Shown: piece by piece, positions 9,379-17,764 of the stretch
Position numbering within the stretch: position 1 is the first letter of the stretch
How the letters are laid out: each line of letters starts with the position of its first letter
Notes under the pieces: generated by a model
What the model was told of the DNA's origin: nothing
The model's input: the letters and a program-made list of their open reading frames with translations, nothing else
The model's database searches: none
Position numbers and translations under genes: made by a program
NCBI GenBank assembly: GCA_038114285.1
Contig: JAYNQN010000008.1
Coordinates: 651-47,218 of the forward strand
Length of the DNA stretch: 46,568 nt
Direction: 5' to 3'
DNA from: Gammaproteobacteria bacterium
GTDB taxonomy: Bacteria; Pseudomonadota; Gammaproteobacteria; Poriferisulfidales; GCA-002705445

Positions 9379-10176
9379 ATGCCAACATTTGTTAATATTA
9401 ATCCATTTGAAACTTTAGTTGCATCTGGAGTACCAGTAATGGCCTTACAAGGCTTTCTAATTGCAATGGCAGCACTAACCGTTGGTGGTGTGCTATTAGA
9501 TATCATGCACAAAAAAAATGTTAAATACTTTTTTGAGAATGCAAAAAAAGCAAAAGAAAAAGCAAAAACAAATGTGCCTACTGGTAAAAAAGTCGGAATA
9601 ATAGTTAATACAGTTGCACATGACGTTCTAACATCAGGTGAATTCTGTGGATGGAAAAGAAGAGTTGCTCATTTATTGGGTATGTATGGAACAATCATCT
9701 TTTGGGTAACATCTGCATTAATGGTGTTCAGCTATGCTACTTCAGGAACACCTGTTATAGTCTCTCAATTATGGCACTTAGGTGCAGCCATGACATGTCT
9801 TGGCGCTTATTGGTTCTGGTTTTTCTTAAGAGTTGATGTAGCTGCTGAAGGTCATAAATGGTATAGAGTAGTGTTTACAGATTTATTTGTTTTATCCTTA
9901 GTGATTACTTCTACTTTTGGATTAATATGGTCTTATCTACAAGCAGCAGGATCACCATGGGGACATTTATTTTTAGTGTTATTTATTCTATCTAACATCG
10001 TTTTATTTGGCGGTGTATATTGGTCTAAATTTGCACATATGTTTTATAAGCCTGGTGCTGCAATACAAAAGCATTTAGCTGAAGCAGATGGTTCAAGAGA
10101 TAGCTTACCTGAACCAGCAGATGCGCCAGAGCAATTTGGTTTAGGTATCAAGCGTGAAGCACCAAAACATTACTAA
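9379..10176 (+). CDS. aprM: APS reductase membrane anchor AprM
   Basis: Multi-TM protein with RVAHLLGMYG and WSKFAHMFYKPGAA, directly upstream of aprB. Start moved to ATG 9379 (SD GGAGGGG) from the TTG at 9358. Confidence 0.9.
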   Translation: MPTFVNINPFETLVASGVPVMALQGFLIAMAALTVGGVLLDIMHKKNVKYFFENAKKAKEKAKTNVPTGKKVGIIVNTVAHDVLTSGEFCGWKRRVAHLLGMYGTIIFWVTSALMVFSYATSGTPVIVSQLWHLGAAMTCLGAYWFWFFLRVDVAAEGHKWYRVVFTDLFVLSLVITSTFGLIWSYLQAAGSPWGHLFLVLFILSNIVLFGGVYWSKFAHMFYKPGAAIQKHLAEADGSRDSLPEPADAPEQFGLGIKREAPKHY

Positions 10177-10239
10177 TTCATGCATGATGAGAAGAGAATT
10201 TTTAATTAATTTATTTGAGTAAGAAATAGGAGAAAAATT

Positions 10240-10740
10240 ATGTCAACTTTTGTATATATGACCCGCTGTGACGGATGTGGACACTGCGTAGATATTTGCC
10301 CTTCAGATATCATGCATATTGATCCAAAAATTAGACGTGCTGTTAACATTGAGCCAAACTTTTGTTGGGAGTGTTATTCATGTGTGAAAGCTTGCCCACA
10401 AAATGCAATTGATGCTAGAGGTTATGCAGATTTCGCTCCTATGGGACATAAAGTAAGAGTTTTAAGAGAAGAAGAAAAAGGAACTATTTCTTGGAAGATA
10501 ACTTTCAGAAATGGAACCGAGAAAAACTTTGTATCTCCTATTACAACAAAGCCTTGGGGTAAACATATACATAAAGTTGCTGATGCTCCTAAACCAGATG
10601 CGGCAGCTCACGAGTCTCAATTGTTATTCAATGAGCCTGATTACTTAAAAATCGGTGATAACAGAGACGCTAAATTAATTAATGATGACGGGCTTCCAGT
10701 TCGTGAAAAAGAAGCATTCAAGCAAGGAGTATACTACTAA
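10240..10740 (+). CDS. aprB: Adenylylsulfate reductase beta subunit
   Basis: CDGCGHCVDICP and CWECYSCVKACP ferredoxin motifs, RGYADF. Confidence 0.97.
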   Translation: MSTFVYMTRCDGCGHCVDICPSDIMHIDPKIRRAVNIEPNFCWECYSCVKACPQNAIDARGYADFAPMGHKVRVLREEEKGTISWKITFRNGTEKNFVSPITTKPWGKHIHKVADAPKPDAAAHESQLLFNEPDYLKIGDNRDAKLINDDGLPVREKEAFKQGVYY

Positions 10741-12590
10741 TGGCTAATCATAAAACTGTTTACGAGGATTGCGATATTCTTATAGTTGGTGGTGGTATGG
10801 CTGGTACTGGTGCGACATTCGAATCCAGATACTGGGGCCGCGACATGAATATTGTGTGTGTTGAAAAAGCAAACATTGACCGAAGCGGTGCTGTTGCTCA
10901 AGGTTTATATGCTATTAACTGCTATATGGGTACACGTTGGAATGAAAATCAACCAGAAGACCATGTACGTTATGCAAGAAATGATTTAATGGGTATGGTT
11001 CGTGAAGATTTAGCACTAGATATGGCGCGTCATGTTGACTCATGCGTTCACATGTTTGAAGAGTGGGGTCTTCCACTAATGAAAAACAAAGAAGGCCGCT
11101 ATCAAAGAGAGGGGAAGTGGCAAATCATGATACATGGTGAAAGTTATAAACCTATTGTTGCTGAAGCAGCTAAAAAATCAGCAAGTAAAATTTATAATCG
11201 TGTAATGATTACTCACTTATTAAAAGATGAAAGCAATGATAACCGTTGTGGTGGTGCAGTTGGATTTAATATGAGAACAGGTGATTTCCATGTGTTCCGT
11301 GCTAAAGCTACAATTATCTGTGCTGGAGGTGCTTCACATATATTCAAACCAAGAGCTGTTGGTGAAGGAATGGGAAGAACTTGGTATGCACCTTGGAGTA
11401 ATGGTTCATGTTATGCGTTACCAATTGCATTGGGCGCAAAAATGACTCAAATGGAAAATAGAATTGTTCTATGTAGATTTAAAGATGGTTATGGTCCTGT
11501 TGGAGCATATTTCTTACATCTTAAAACTTATACTCAAAATACATATGGTGAAGAGTATGAATCAAAATGGTATGACCAAACAAAAGAAATGGTTGGAGAA
11601 TACATTGATCATCACCCAACACCAACATGTTTAAGAAACCATGCTTTCTTAGAAGAAGTGAAAGCTGGTAGAGGTCCAATACATATGGTTACAATGGAAG
11701 CATTCCAAGATCCACATCTTGAAGTTATAGGATGGGAAAACTTTTTAGGAATGACAGTTGGGCAAGCTGTAGTATGGGCTTCACAAGATATTGATCCTAA
11801 GTATCAAAACCCAGAATTAACCACTTCAGAGCCATATGTTATGGGTTCACATGCGACATGTTCTGGAGCTTGGGTTAGTGGGCCATCAGATTTATCACCA
11901 AAAGAATACTTCTGGGGCTATAACAGAATGATGACTGTTGATGGTGTATTTGGTGCTGGCGACACTGTAGGTGGAACTGCACATAAATTTTCATCAGGTT
12001 CATTCACTGAAGGACGTTTAGCTGCTAAGGCTGCTGTTCAATATATTAATGATATGGAATCAAAACCAAGTGTTTCAGAGAAACAAATAAATGATTTCAA
12101 GGAAGAAGTATATAAGCCTTTAGAGAACTTTACAGTTGGTCGTAACGAAATTACTGCTGGTACTGTATCACCTAGCTACATTTTACCAATACAAGGCCTA
12201 CAAAGACTTCAAAAAATTATGGACGAGTATTGTGGCGGCATAACAGTTGGATATCAGTGTAATGAAAACCAATTAAAGAAAGGTCTTAAAGATTTGGAAA
12301 TATTACAAGAAGATTTAGATAATATTGGAGCTGAAGATCTTCATCAATTAATGAGAGCTTGGGAATTAAAACATCGTACATTAGTATCCCAATGTGTTAC
12401 AGAGCATACATTGTTTAGAGAAGAAACTAGATGGCCAGGATATTATTACCGTTCTGATTTCAAAAAACTAAACGATGATGATTGGCACTGTTTAACATTA
12501 TCGCGTCGTGATCCAAAAACTGGTAAATTTGAAATGGAGAAAGCACCGCTTTATCACATAGTTGATGAGGAGCAAAAAAAGGCGGGGTAA
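10740..12590 (+). CDS. aprA: Adenylylsulfate reductase alpha subunit (flavoprotein)
   Basis: GGGMAG, RSGAVAQGL, WQIMIHGESYKP, RFKDGYGPVGA, HKFSSGSFTEGR and ETRWPGYYYR. Confidence 0.98.
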   Translation: MANHKTVYEDCDILIVGGGMAGTGATFESRYWGRDMNIVCVEKANIDRSGAVAQGLYAINCYMGTRWNENQPEDHVRYARNDLMGMVREDLALDMARHVDSCVHMFEEWGLPLMKNKEGRYQREGKWQIMIHGESYKPIVAEAAKKSASKIYNRVMITHLLKDESNDNRCGGAVGFNMRTGDFHVFRAKATIICAGGASHIFKPRAVGEGMGRTWYAPWSNGSCYALPIALGAKMTQMENRIVLCRFKDGYGPVGAYFLHLKTYTQNTYGEEYESKWYDQTKEMVGEYIDHHPTPTCLRNHAFLEEVKAGRGPIHMVTMEAFQDPHLEVIGWENFLGMTVGQAVVWASQDIDPKYQNPELTTSEPYVMGSHATCSGAWVSGPSDLSPKEYFWGYNRMMTVDGVFGAGDTVGGTAHKFSSGSFTEGRLAAKAAVQYINDMESKPSVSEKQINDFKEEVYKPLENFTVGRNEITAGTVSPSYILPIQGLQRLQKIMDEYCGGITVGYQCNENQLKKGLKDLEILQEDLDNIGAEDLHQLMRAWELKHRTLVSQCVTEHTLFREETRWPGYYYRSDFKKLNDDDWHCLTLSRRDPKTGKFEMEKAPLYHIVDEEQKKAG

Positions 12591-12941
12591 ATGGATTTAC
12601 TAAAAAAGAAGGACGACGAAATCTTTAAAATAGCCGACCCATTTTGGGTTGATTTAGTAAAAGCTTCCAATCAGCAAGATTACGGAAGCTTTACTAAAAA
12701 CTTTTCAGAAACAATGTTAATGGGTGCTCATGAAGTTGAGATTGGTAAACAGTGGGCAAATAATAAGCTTTTATCTACCTTAACTGAAGAAGCTAATCCT
12801 TTAGGTTGTCTAAGAAGAAACGATCACATAACTGTCTTATATAAGCAAACAAGTACCGAATATCCTGGAGATTATTTAGGAAGGCTGGTTATAGGTCTTG
12901 AGAATGGTGAAGTTAAAGTTTTTGGTGCTACGATTTTTTAA
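12591..12941 (+). CDS. Hypothetical protein translationally coupled to aprA
   Basis: ATG immediately follows the aprA TAA. G-rich SD (GGCGGGG) lies inside the end of aprA. 116 aa. Confidence 0.75.
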   Translation: MDLLKKKDDEIFKIADPFWVDLVKASNQQDYGSFTKNFSETMLMGAHEVEIGKQWANNKLLSTLTEEANPLGCLRRNDHITVLYKQTSTEYPGDYLGRLVIGLENGEVKVFGATIF

Positions 12942-12943
12942 GA

Positions 12944-13462
12944 ATGAAAAATGTAAATTGTGTGTCTGTGATTTCTGATACTCATGGAGTTATTGATCCC
13001 CATATTATATCTTATCTCAAAAATAGCGACGTAATAATACATGCTGGAGATATCTGTAGTACGAAAATTATTTCAGATTTAGAAAAATATTGCGAACATG
13101 TTTTTTTAGTTGCCGGAAATAATGATATCCCAGAAAAATATTCTACTAGCGAAGATAAAAACATAATTAAAGAATTAAATAAATCTTTAACCATAAATAT
13201 TAATAATAAGAATATATCAATTGAACACGGTGATAGATTTGGCCACCATGCAAATCATTCTGCCTTAAGAAAGTCTTATCCTAATTCAGAAATAATAATT
13301 TATGGGCACACACATATACAAGTCTGTGATCAAGAAAAGAAGCCATGGGTAATTAATCCTGGCGCATGTGGTCATACAAGGAATAATGATGGTGGGCCTT
13401 GTTTCATGCAAATTGAAATCATAAATGATAATTGGAAAGTTATTCCCTATTGTTTTAACTAA
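12944..13462 (+). CDS. Metallophosphoesterase, YfcE/MJ0936 family
   Basis: ISDTHG, IHAGD, VAGNND, EHGD, YGHTH and INPGA motifs. Confidence 0.92.
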   Translation: MKNVNCVSVISDTHGVIDPHIISYLKNSDVIIHAGDICSTKIISDLEKYCEHVFLVAGNNDIPEKYSTSEDKNIIKELNKSLTININNKNISIEHGDRFGHHANHSALRKSYPNSEIIIYGHTHIQVCDQEKKPWVINPGACGHTRNNDGGPCFMQIEIINDNWKVIPYCFN

Positions 13463-13505
13463 AACTTTTACATTTAAATTCAAGATTGTTATAAGTAATA
13501 AACAC

Positions 13506-13534
13506 TTGCCAATTATATGCATGTAATATACTTT
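13506..13534 (+). promoter_or_regulatory. Putative sigma70 promoter of the CbbQ-like gene with a palindromic spacer
   Basis: TTGCCA (13506) ... TATACT/TACTTT. The spacer holds the near-perfect palindrome ATTATATGCATGTAAT (13512-13527). Confidence 0.4.
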
Positions 13535-13559
13535 TAAATTTTTAACCAATGGAAATAAA

Positions 13560-14372
13560 ATGGAATCTAATACTTTTAAATCAGAAGATTATTTAATAAA
13601 GGAAGAGCCAAATTATCATCCTGTTAGAGATGAAATAGAGGTTTTTGAAAGTGCTTATAAGAATCAATTACCAGTTCTACTTAAAGGCCCTACAGGGTGC
13701 GGTAAAACAAGATTTATGGAGCATATGAGTTGGAGGTTAAAGAGACCGCTTATTACAGTATCTTGTCATGATGATTTAACAGCATCAGATTTAGTTGGAA
13801 GATATCTAATAGCTGGAAGTGATACTGTCTGGATTGATGGTCCTTTAGCTAAAGCTGTAAGATCAGGAGCAATTTGTTATCTAGATGAAATTGTGGAAGC
13901 TAGAAAAGACACTACCGTCGTTATACACCCGTTATGTGATGATAGACGAGTATTACCTATAGAAAAAGTTGGAGAGGTCCTACAAGCCTCACCAGAGTTC
14001 TGCATGGCAATATCTTATAACCCAGGTTACCAAAGTATCCTTAAAGATTTGAAACAAAGTACAAGACAAAGGTTCGTTGCCCTAGAATTCGATTATCCTG
14101 ACGCTGAGATAGAAAAATCTATTATAGAAAGTGAAACTGGGGCCGACAAGGAGTTAAGTTCAACGTTAGTTAAATTTGCTCACATGACAAGAAATTTAAA
14201 AGGTAATGGTTTAGATGAGGGTGCAAGTACAAGATTGTTAGTGCACGCAGCAAAACTAATTGTTTCAGGTGTAAATCCAAACACAGCTTGTCGTTGTTCT
14301 ATTTCTGAAGCTATTACAGATGACCCAGATATGTTAAAAGCGGTTAATGAATTAAGTTCATCGTTATTTTAG
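13560..14372 (+). CDS. CbbQ/NirQ/NorQ-family (MoxR) AAA+ ATPase
   Basis: [12 protein letters not shown] (Walker A), [10 protein letters not shown] (Walker B), [15 protein letters not shown] and STRLLV. Confidence 0.93.
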   Translation: MESNTFKSEDYLIKEEPNYHPVRDEIEVFESAYKNQLPVLLKGPTGCGKTRFMEHMSWRLKRPLITVSCHDDLTASDLVGRYLIAGSDTVWIDGPLAKAVRSGAICYLDEIVEARKDTTVVIHPLCDDRRVLPIEKVGEVLQASPEFCMAISYNPGYQSILKDLKQSTRQRFVALEFDYPDAEIEKSIIESETGADKELSSTLVKFAHMTRNLKGNGLDEGASTRLLVHAAKLIVSGVNPNTACRCSISEAITDDPDMLKAVNELSSSLF

Positions 14373-14380
14373 AAAAATCA

Positions 14381-14426
14381 AGATGCTATTAGAATAAGGA
14401 GCGAACTTAAACTTAAAATAGCATCT
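14381..14426. terminator. Large-loop hairpin between convergent genes (possible terminator or processing site)
   Basis: Perfect 10-bp stem AGATGCTATT/AATAGCATCT with a 26-nt loop containing TAAGGAG. Confidence 0.5.
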
Positions 14427-14440
14427 CAACTTTTGCCTAC

Positions 14441-14626
14441 CTAACTATTAATTTTTTTGAAAGATACGCCACGATAACTCATATTAACCGCATTTCTTTC
14501 TTTATTTTCAACGAAAGACTTAAGATAAAAAATTCCTCTGTATGCGAAATTTATTTGTGAAAAATTCTTTGAAATTCTAGAGGAGATTGTGTTATGAGAC
14601 ACGCCTCTATATATTTGATTTTGCAT
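14441..14626 (-). CDS. Small basic protein (61 aa) with three YRG motifs, DUF4278-like
   Basis: IYRGVSH, AYRGIFY and SYRGVSF. Start revised to ATG 14626 because SD GGGGT lies just upstream and a promoter sits inside the longer ORF. Confidence 0.7.
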   Translation of the reverse strand: MQNQIYRGVSHNTISSRISKNFSQINFAYRGIFYLKSFVENKERNAVNMSYRGVSFKKINS

Positions 14627-14700
14627 AACTACCCCACTAAACATCAAAACATTCTTTATAGTGAACTTGTTACGCAGGTTCTTGCGTGGTATAACCAGAT
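14627..14700 (-). ncRNA. Putative cis-regulatory structured 5' UTR of the YRG peptide gene
   Basis: Hairpins UGGU/ACCA and ACGCA/UGCGU, then UUCACUA/UAGUGGG pairing over the SD. Confidence 0.45.
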
Positions 14701-14703
14701 TTA

Positions 14704-14731
14704 AATATAGCATTTATAATAAATTATTCAA
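14704..14731 (-). promoter_or_regulatory. Sigma70 promoter for the YRG peptide gene
   Basis: Minus strand TTGAAT-16-TATATT with an extended -10 TG. Confidence 0.5.
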
Positions 14732-14773
14732 CCACTTAAATTTAAAATTAAGTGAAATTAGAGGAATACTGTA

Positions 14774-15328
14774 TTGACATCAACTTTTAAATTAAAAAAT
14801 ATATTTGATGAAGATTACTGCAAATTTTTAATAAAAAATTATAGTTTTGAAACAAATGACCATAAAATATTTTCAAATGAGCTGTCAATAGCTTTCAAAG
14901 ACTTTATAATTTTAATACTAAGTGAAAATAATAGTTATACCATTGAAGAGAGAAATAAATTATATAATGAAGCAATATATAATTTACAGCATACTAGCAA
15001 ATTGCTAAAAGGTATGCCGCACCCAGCAAGCTCAATGAGTTATAAACTTTTAAAGATGTCAGAGACTTTAAAAAAAGTCATAAGTGGTGGTAAAAGAGAA
15101 AAATCAAATGCTAATAGGTTTATAGAGAAAAATCTTATAAGAAAATTTATTATTTTTTGGGACAAGTATAGTACGAATAAGTTTTTAACTTCAGATAAAG
15201 AAATTAATTATAAAATTTGTGAATGTTTTCTTGATTGTTCAAAAAAGATAGCAACTATATATCCTGAAATAGAATGGTTTAAAACTTGTGATAAAGAATT
15301 TATAGAAAGCTTATTCGAAAATATTTAA
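14774..15328 (+). CDS. Hypothetical protein
   Basis: 184-aa ORF with TTG start and SD GAGGA. No motif recognised. Confidence 0.65.
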   Translation: MTSTFKLKNIFDEDYCKFLIKNYSFETNDHKIFSNELSIAFKDFIILILSENNSYTIEERNKLYNEAIYNLQHTSKLLKGMPHPASSMSYKLLKMSETLKKVISGGKREKSNANRFIEKNLIRKFIIFWDKYSTNKFLTSDKEINYKICECFLDCSKKIATIYPEIEWFKTCDKEFIESLFENI

Positions 15329-15798
15329 TTTTCTGTAACTTCATTCAAAGCATTTATTTCAGTCTTAGTAGCATCTCTTATATTAAGAATTGTTACATTA
15401 AAGTTTATTTTTATATTGCATAGTGGATGGTTTCCATCAAGTACAATTTTTGAGTCTGTAATTTCAGTTACAGTAAACGGTTTTATGTCACCAGTTTCAT
15501 TTTGAAATTCAACAATTTTTCCGAGTTCACGATATTCCTCAGGAACATTTTTTATATCATCCTCAAATATTAGATCTTTATCAACTTTCCCAAAAACTTC
15601 ACCTGGCTCAAAAGTGACGTTAATTTTATCATTTACTTCTTTATTTTCTAAAGCATCCTCCAATTTAGGCCATAAACCCATTTTTGCTCCATGTACATAA
15701 TTTACCGGAACTTCAACTTGCTCAATAATTTGATTTTCTTCATTTGTTATTGAGTATGTAAATTCAACATATTTATTATTTGTAATTTTTTCTGTCAT
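15325..15798 (-). CDS. slyD: FKBP-type peptidyl-prolyl isomerase (SlyD family)
   Basis: VEFTYSI, YVHG..GLWPKLEDAL, LDGNHPL and IRDATKTEI. No His-rich tail. Confidence 0.8.
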   Translation of the reverse strand: MTEKITNNKYVEFTYSITNEENQIIEQVEVPVNYVHGAKMGLWPKLEDALENKEVNDKINVTFEPGEVFGKVDKDLIFEDDIKNVPEEYRELGKIVEFQNETGDIKPFTVTEITDSKIVLDGNHPLCNIKINFNVTILNIRDATKTEINALNEVTEN

Positions 15799-15802
15799 AG
15801 TC

Positions 15803-17068
15803 TTAAAAATATAATTTCATCATCATTCCAGTTAACCCTAAAGTAATTATTAAAGGTAAAATTCCGACTTTTGCCTTTATTAAAGCTAGTAAACTCAACA
15901 CAATAAGAATTAAGAGGTGTTTATCAAAATAACTGTTACCGTTATTATCAATCCATAATGAATTATAAGCAAGTACATATCCTAAGTTAGCAATTAGACC
16001 AACTACTGCAGATGTAATAAAATTTAATGGAATTTCTAAATTTTTATTATCTTTACTTAACTCAATAAGAGGAGCACCTATAAATATAAAAGCGAAAGAT
16101 GGCAAAAAGGTGAAAAAAGTAGCTATTGTGCCACATAAAATAGCACTAATAAGAGGTGAACTAATATTTAAAATATCGTTATACCAGCCTACAATAAATC
16201 CTACATAGGTAACAATCATTATTAATGGCCCAGGTGTAGATTCTCCTAGAGCCAAACCATCTATCATTTGCTGACTTGTTAACCAGCCTTGAGTTTCTAT
16301 GATATTTTGAAAAACATAAGGAAGCAATGCATATGCTCCTCCAAATGTAACAAGAGCTGCTTGGCTAAAAAAAATCGAGAGATCTATTAAAATATTTTCA
16401 TTTGTATAGAAAATAATAGAAAAAATAAATAACCAAATTATTAAAAACTTTAAAAAAGTTTTTAATGAGTTATGAAAAATTTTATTATCAAAAAAACGTA
16501 TTCTTTTTTCACTTGTTTCTTCATTAGATTTTTTTGCTATGTGAAATATTAATCCAAAAAATCCTGCTACAATTATGATTATTGGTAAATTCACATCAAA
16601 GATATTAATGGTCAAAAAAGCTAAAATAGCAGTAAGCCAATAATAATAATTTTTTAAAACTTTTTTTGCGATTTTTATAGAAGCATAAAAAATAATAGCG
16701 ATAACGGCAGCTTTAATTCCATAAAGTATTCCTTCTCCCCAAATATTATCTGAGAAATTAATATATAAATAAGTTAGAAGACTTAAAATAAAAAATGATG
16801 GCAATATAAATAGTGTGCCCGCTATTACACCTCCTAATTTTCCATGCATTAACCAACCTAAATAAGTGGCTAATTGTTGTGCTTCAGGACCTGGTAAAAT
16901 CATAGTGAAGTTTAAAGCATGAAAAAAACTTTTATCATCAACCCATTTTTTCTTTTCAACAATATCTTCATGCATCATGCTAATTTGTGATGCTGGGCCT
17001 CCAAAACTTATGAAACCTAATTTTAGCCAATATAATATTGCTTGTTTATGAGATATCTTTGATTTCAT
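15803..17068 (-). CDS. chrA: Chromate ion transporter (CHR family, long chain)
   Basis: WLKLGFISFGGP, LPGPEAQQLA, VTFGGAYA and GESTPGP. Start moved to MKSK (17068). Confidence 0.9.
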   Translation of the reverse strand: MKSKISHKQAILYWLKLGFISFGGPASQISMMHEDIVEKKKWVDDKSFFHALNFTMILPGPEAQQLATYLGWLMHGKLGGVIAGTLFILPSFFILSLLTYLYINFSDNIWGEGILYGIKAAVIAIIFYASIKIAKKVLKNYYYWLTAILAFLTINIFDVNLPIIIIVAGFFGLIFHIAKKSNEETSEKRIRFFDNKIFHNSLKTFLKFLIIWLFIFSIIFYTNENILIDLSIFFSQAALVTFGGAYALLPYVFQNIIETQGWLTSQQMIDGLALGESTPGPLIMIVTYVGFIVGWYNDILNISSPLISAILCGTIATFFTFLPSFAFIFIGAPLIELSKDNKNLEIPLNFITSAVVGLIANLGYVLAYNSLWIDNNGNSYFDKHLLILIVLSLLALIKAKVGILPLIITLGLTGMMMKLYF

Positions 17069-17136
17069 GATAAATCTTATTGAATGCTCTATGTAATTGG
17101 TATAAAATGCCCCTAAAAAAAATAGGGGAATATAAA

Positions 17137-17466
17137 ATGTCAGATGATATTGTATCAAAAAATGGAGAAGTTGTGGGTCAATGGAACGGAGAAAGTGTTG
17201 ATGACCTCAAAAAAATACTTTTAGGTGCGAGAGCAACGCTTAGAAAGAATAAAGATAAAGTTGAGCACACTGGAATACCACATAGTGATCAATTTCCAGA
17301 GGATCTTAAAAATTTTACAGCTTATATTCTTTGGGCTGTTGATAAAAACCAAAATGTATTAGTTGGATCAGGCGCAAATAGAATTGAAACAGTAGAAAGC
17401 ATTAGAGAGTTTTATGCTAACGATGAAGCAAAAGCTTCAATTGACAGGCATAACTTGGAAGAGTAA
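17137..17466 (+). CDS. Hypothetical protein
   Basis: ATG 17137 with SD AGGGG. 109 aa, no motif recognised. Confidence 0.7.
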   Translation: MSDDIVSKNGEVVGQWNGESVDDLKKILLGARATLRKNKDKVEHTGIPHSDQFPEDLKNFTAYILWAVDKNQNVLVGSGANRIETVESIREFYANDEAKASIDRHNLEE

Positions 17467-17488
17467 TCCCAGTTGACTAGTTTATTAG

Positions 17489-17737
17489 CTATTTTTCCCA
17501 TTCTCTAAGAATGGGAGCATCTCTCTTTTCTAAAATTAACATCTCGGCCTCTAACATATCTTCAGCAAAAACTATTTTATAAGCTTTTGGATCAGCAGGA
17601 GAATTTTTTACTCGTAAATCCTTAACCAAGGATTTTGCTTCTTTAAAGCTTTCAAAAGTGTCAATATGCTCAACGGTTTTGAATTTATTATTTTGATATT
17701 TAAATACAAAGTAAGACATATATGAATTATAGTACAA
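17489..17737 (-). CDS. Small hypothetical protein
   Basis: 82-aa ORF ending REWEK that fills the gap between genes. The true start may be the second Met. Confidence 0.65.
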   Translation of the reverse strand: MYYNSYMSYFVFKYQNNKFKTVEHIDTFESFKEAKSLVKDLRVKNSPADPKAYKIVFAEDMLEAEMLILEKRDAPILREWEK

Positions 17738-17764
17738 TTCTGGAATTTTTAGTAAAATATAATA

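Noticed and set aside
9318-13549. Short ORFs 9318-9512, 9651-9836, 13012-13194 and 13286-13549
   Set aside because: They overlap aprM or the phosphoesterase and have no independent support.
14627-14700. Canonical glutamine (glnA or Downstream-peptide) or preQ1 riboswitch
   Set aside because: Short words such as GUUCA, CGCA and GAAC are present but not in the canonical order or pairing. Kept only as an unclassified candidate.
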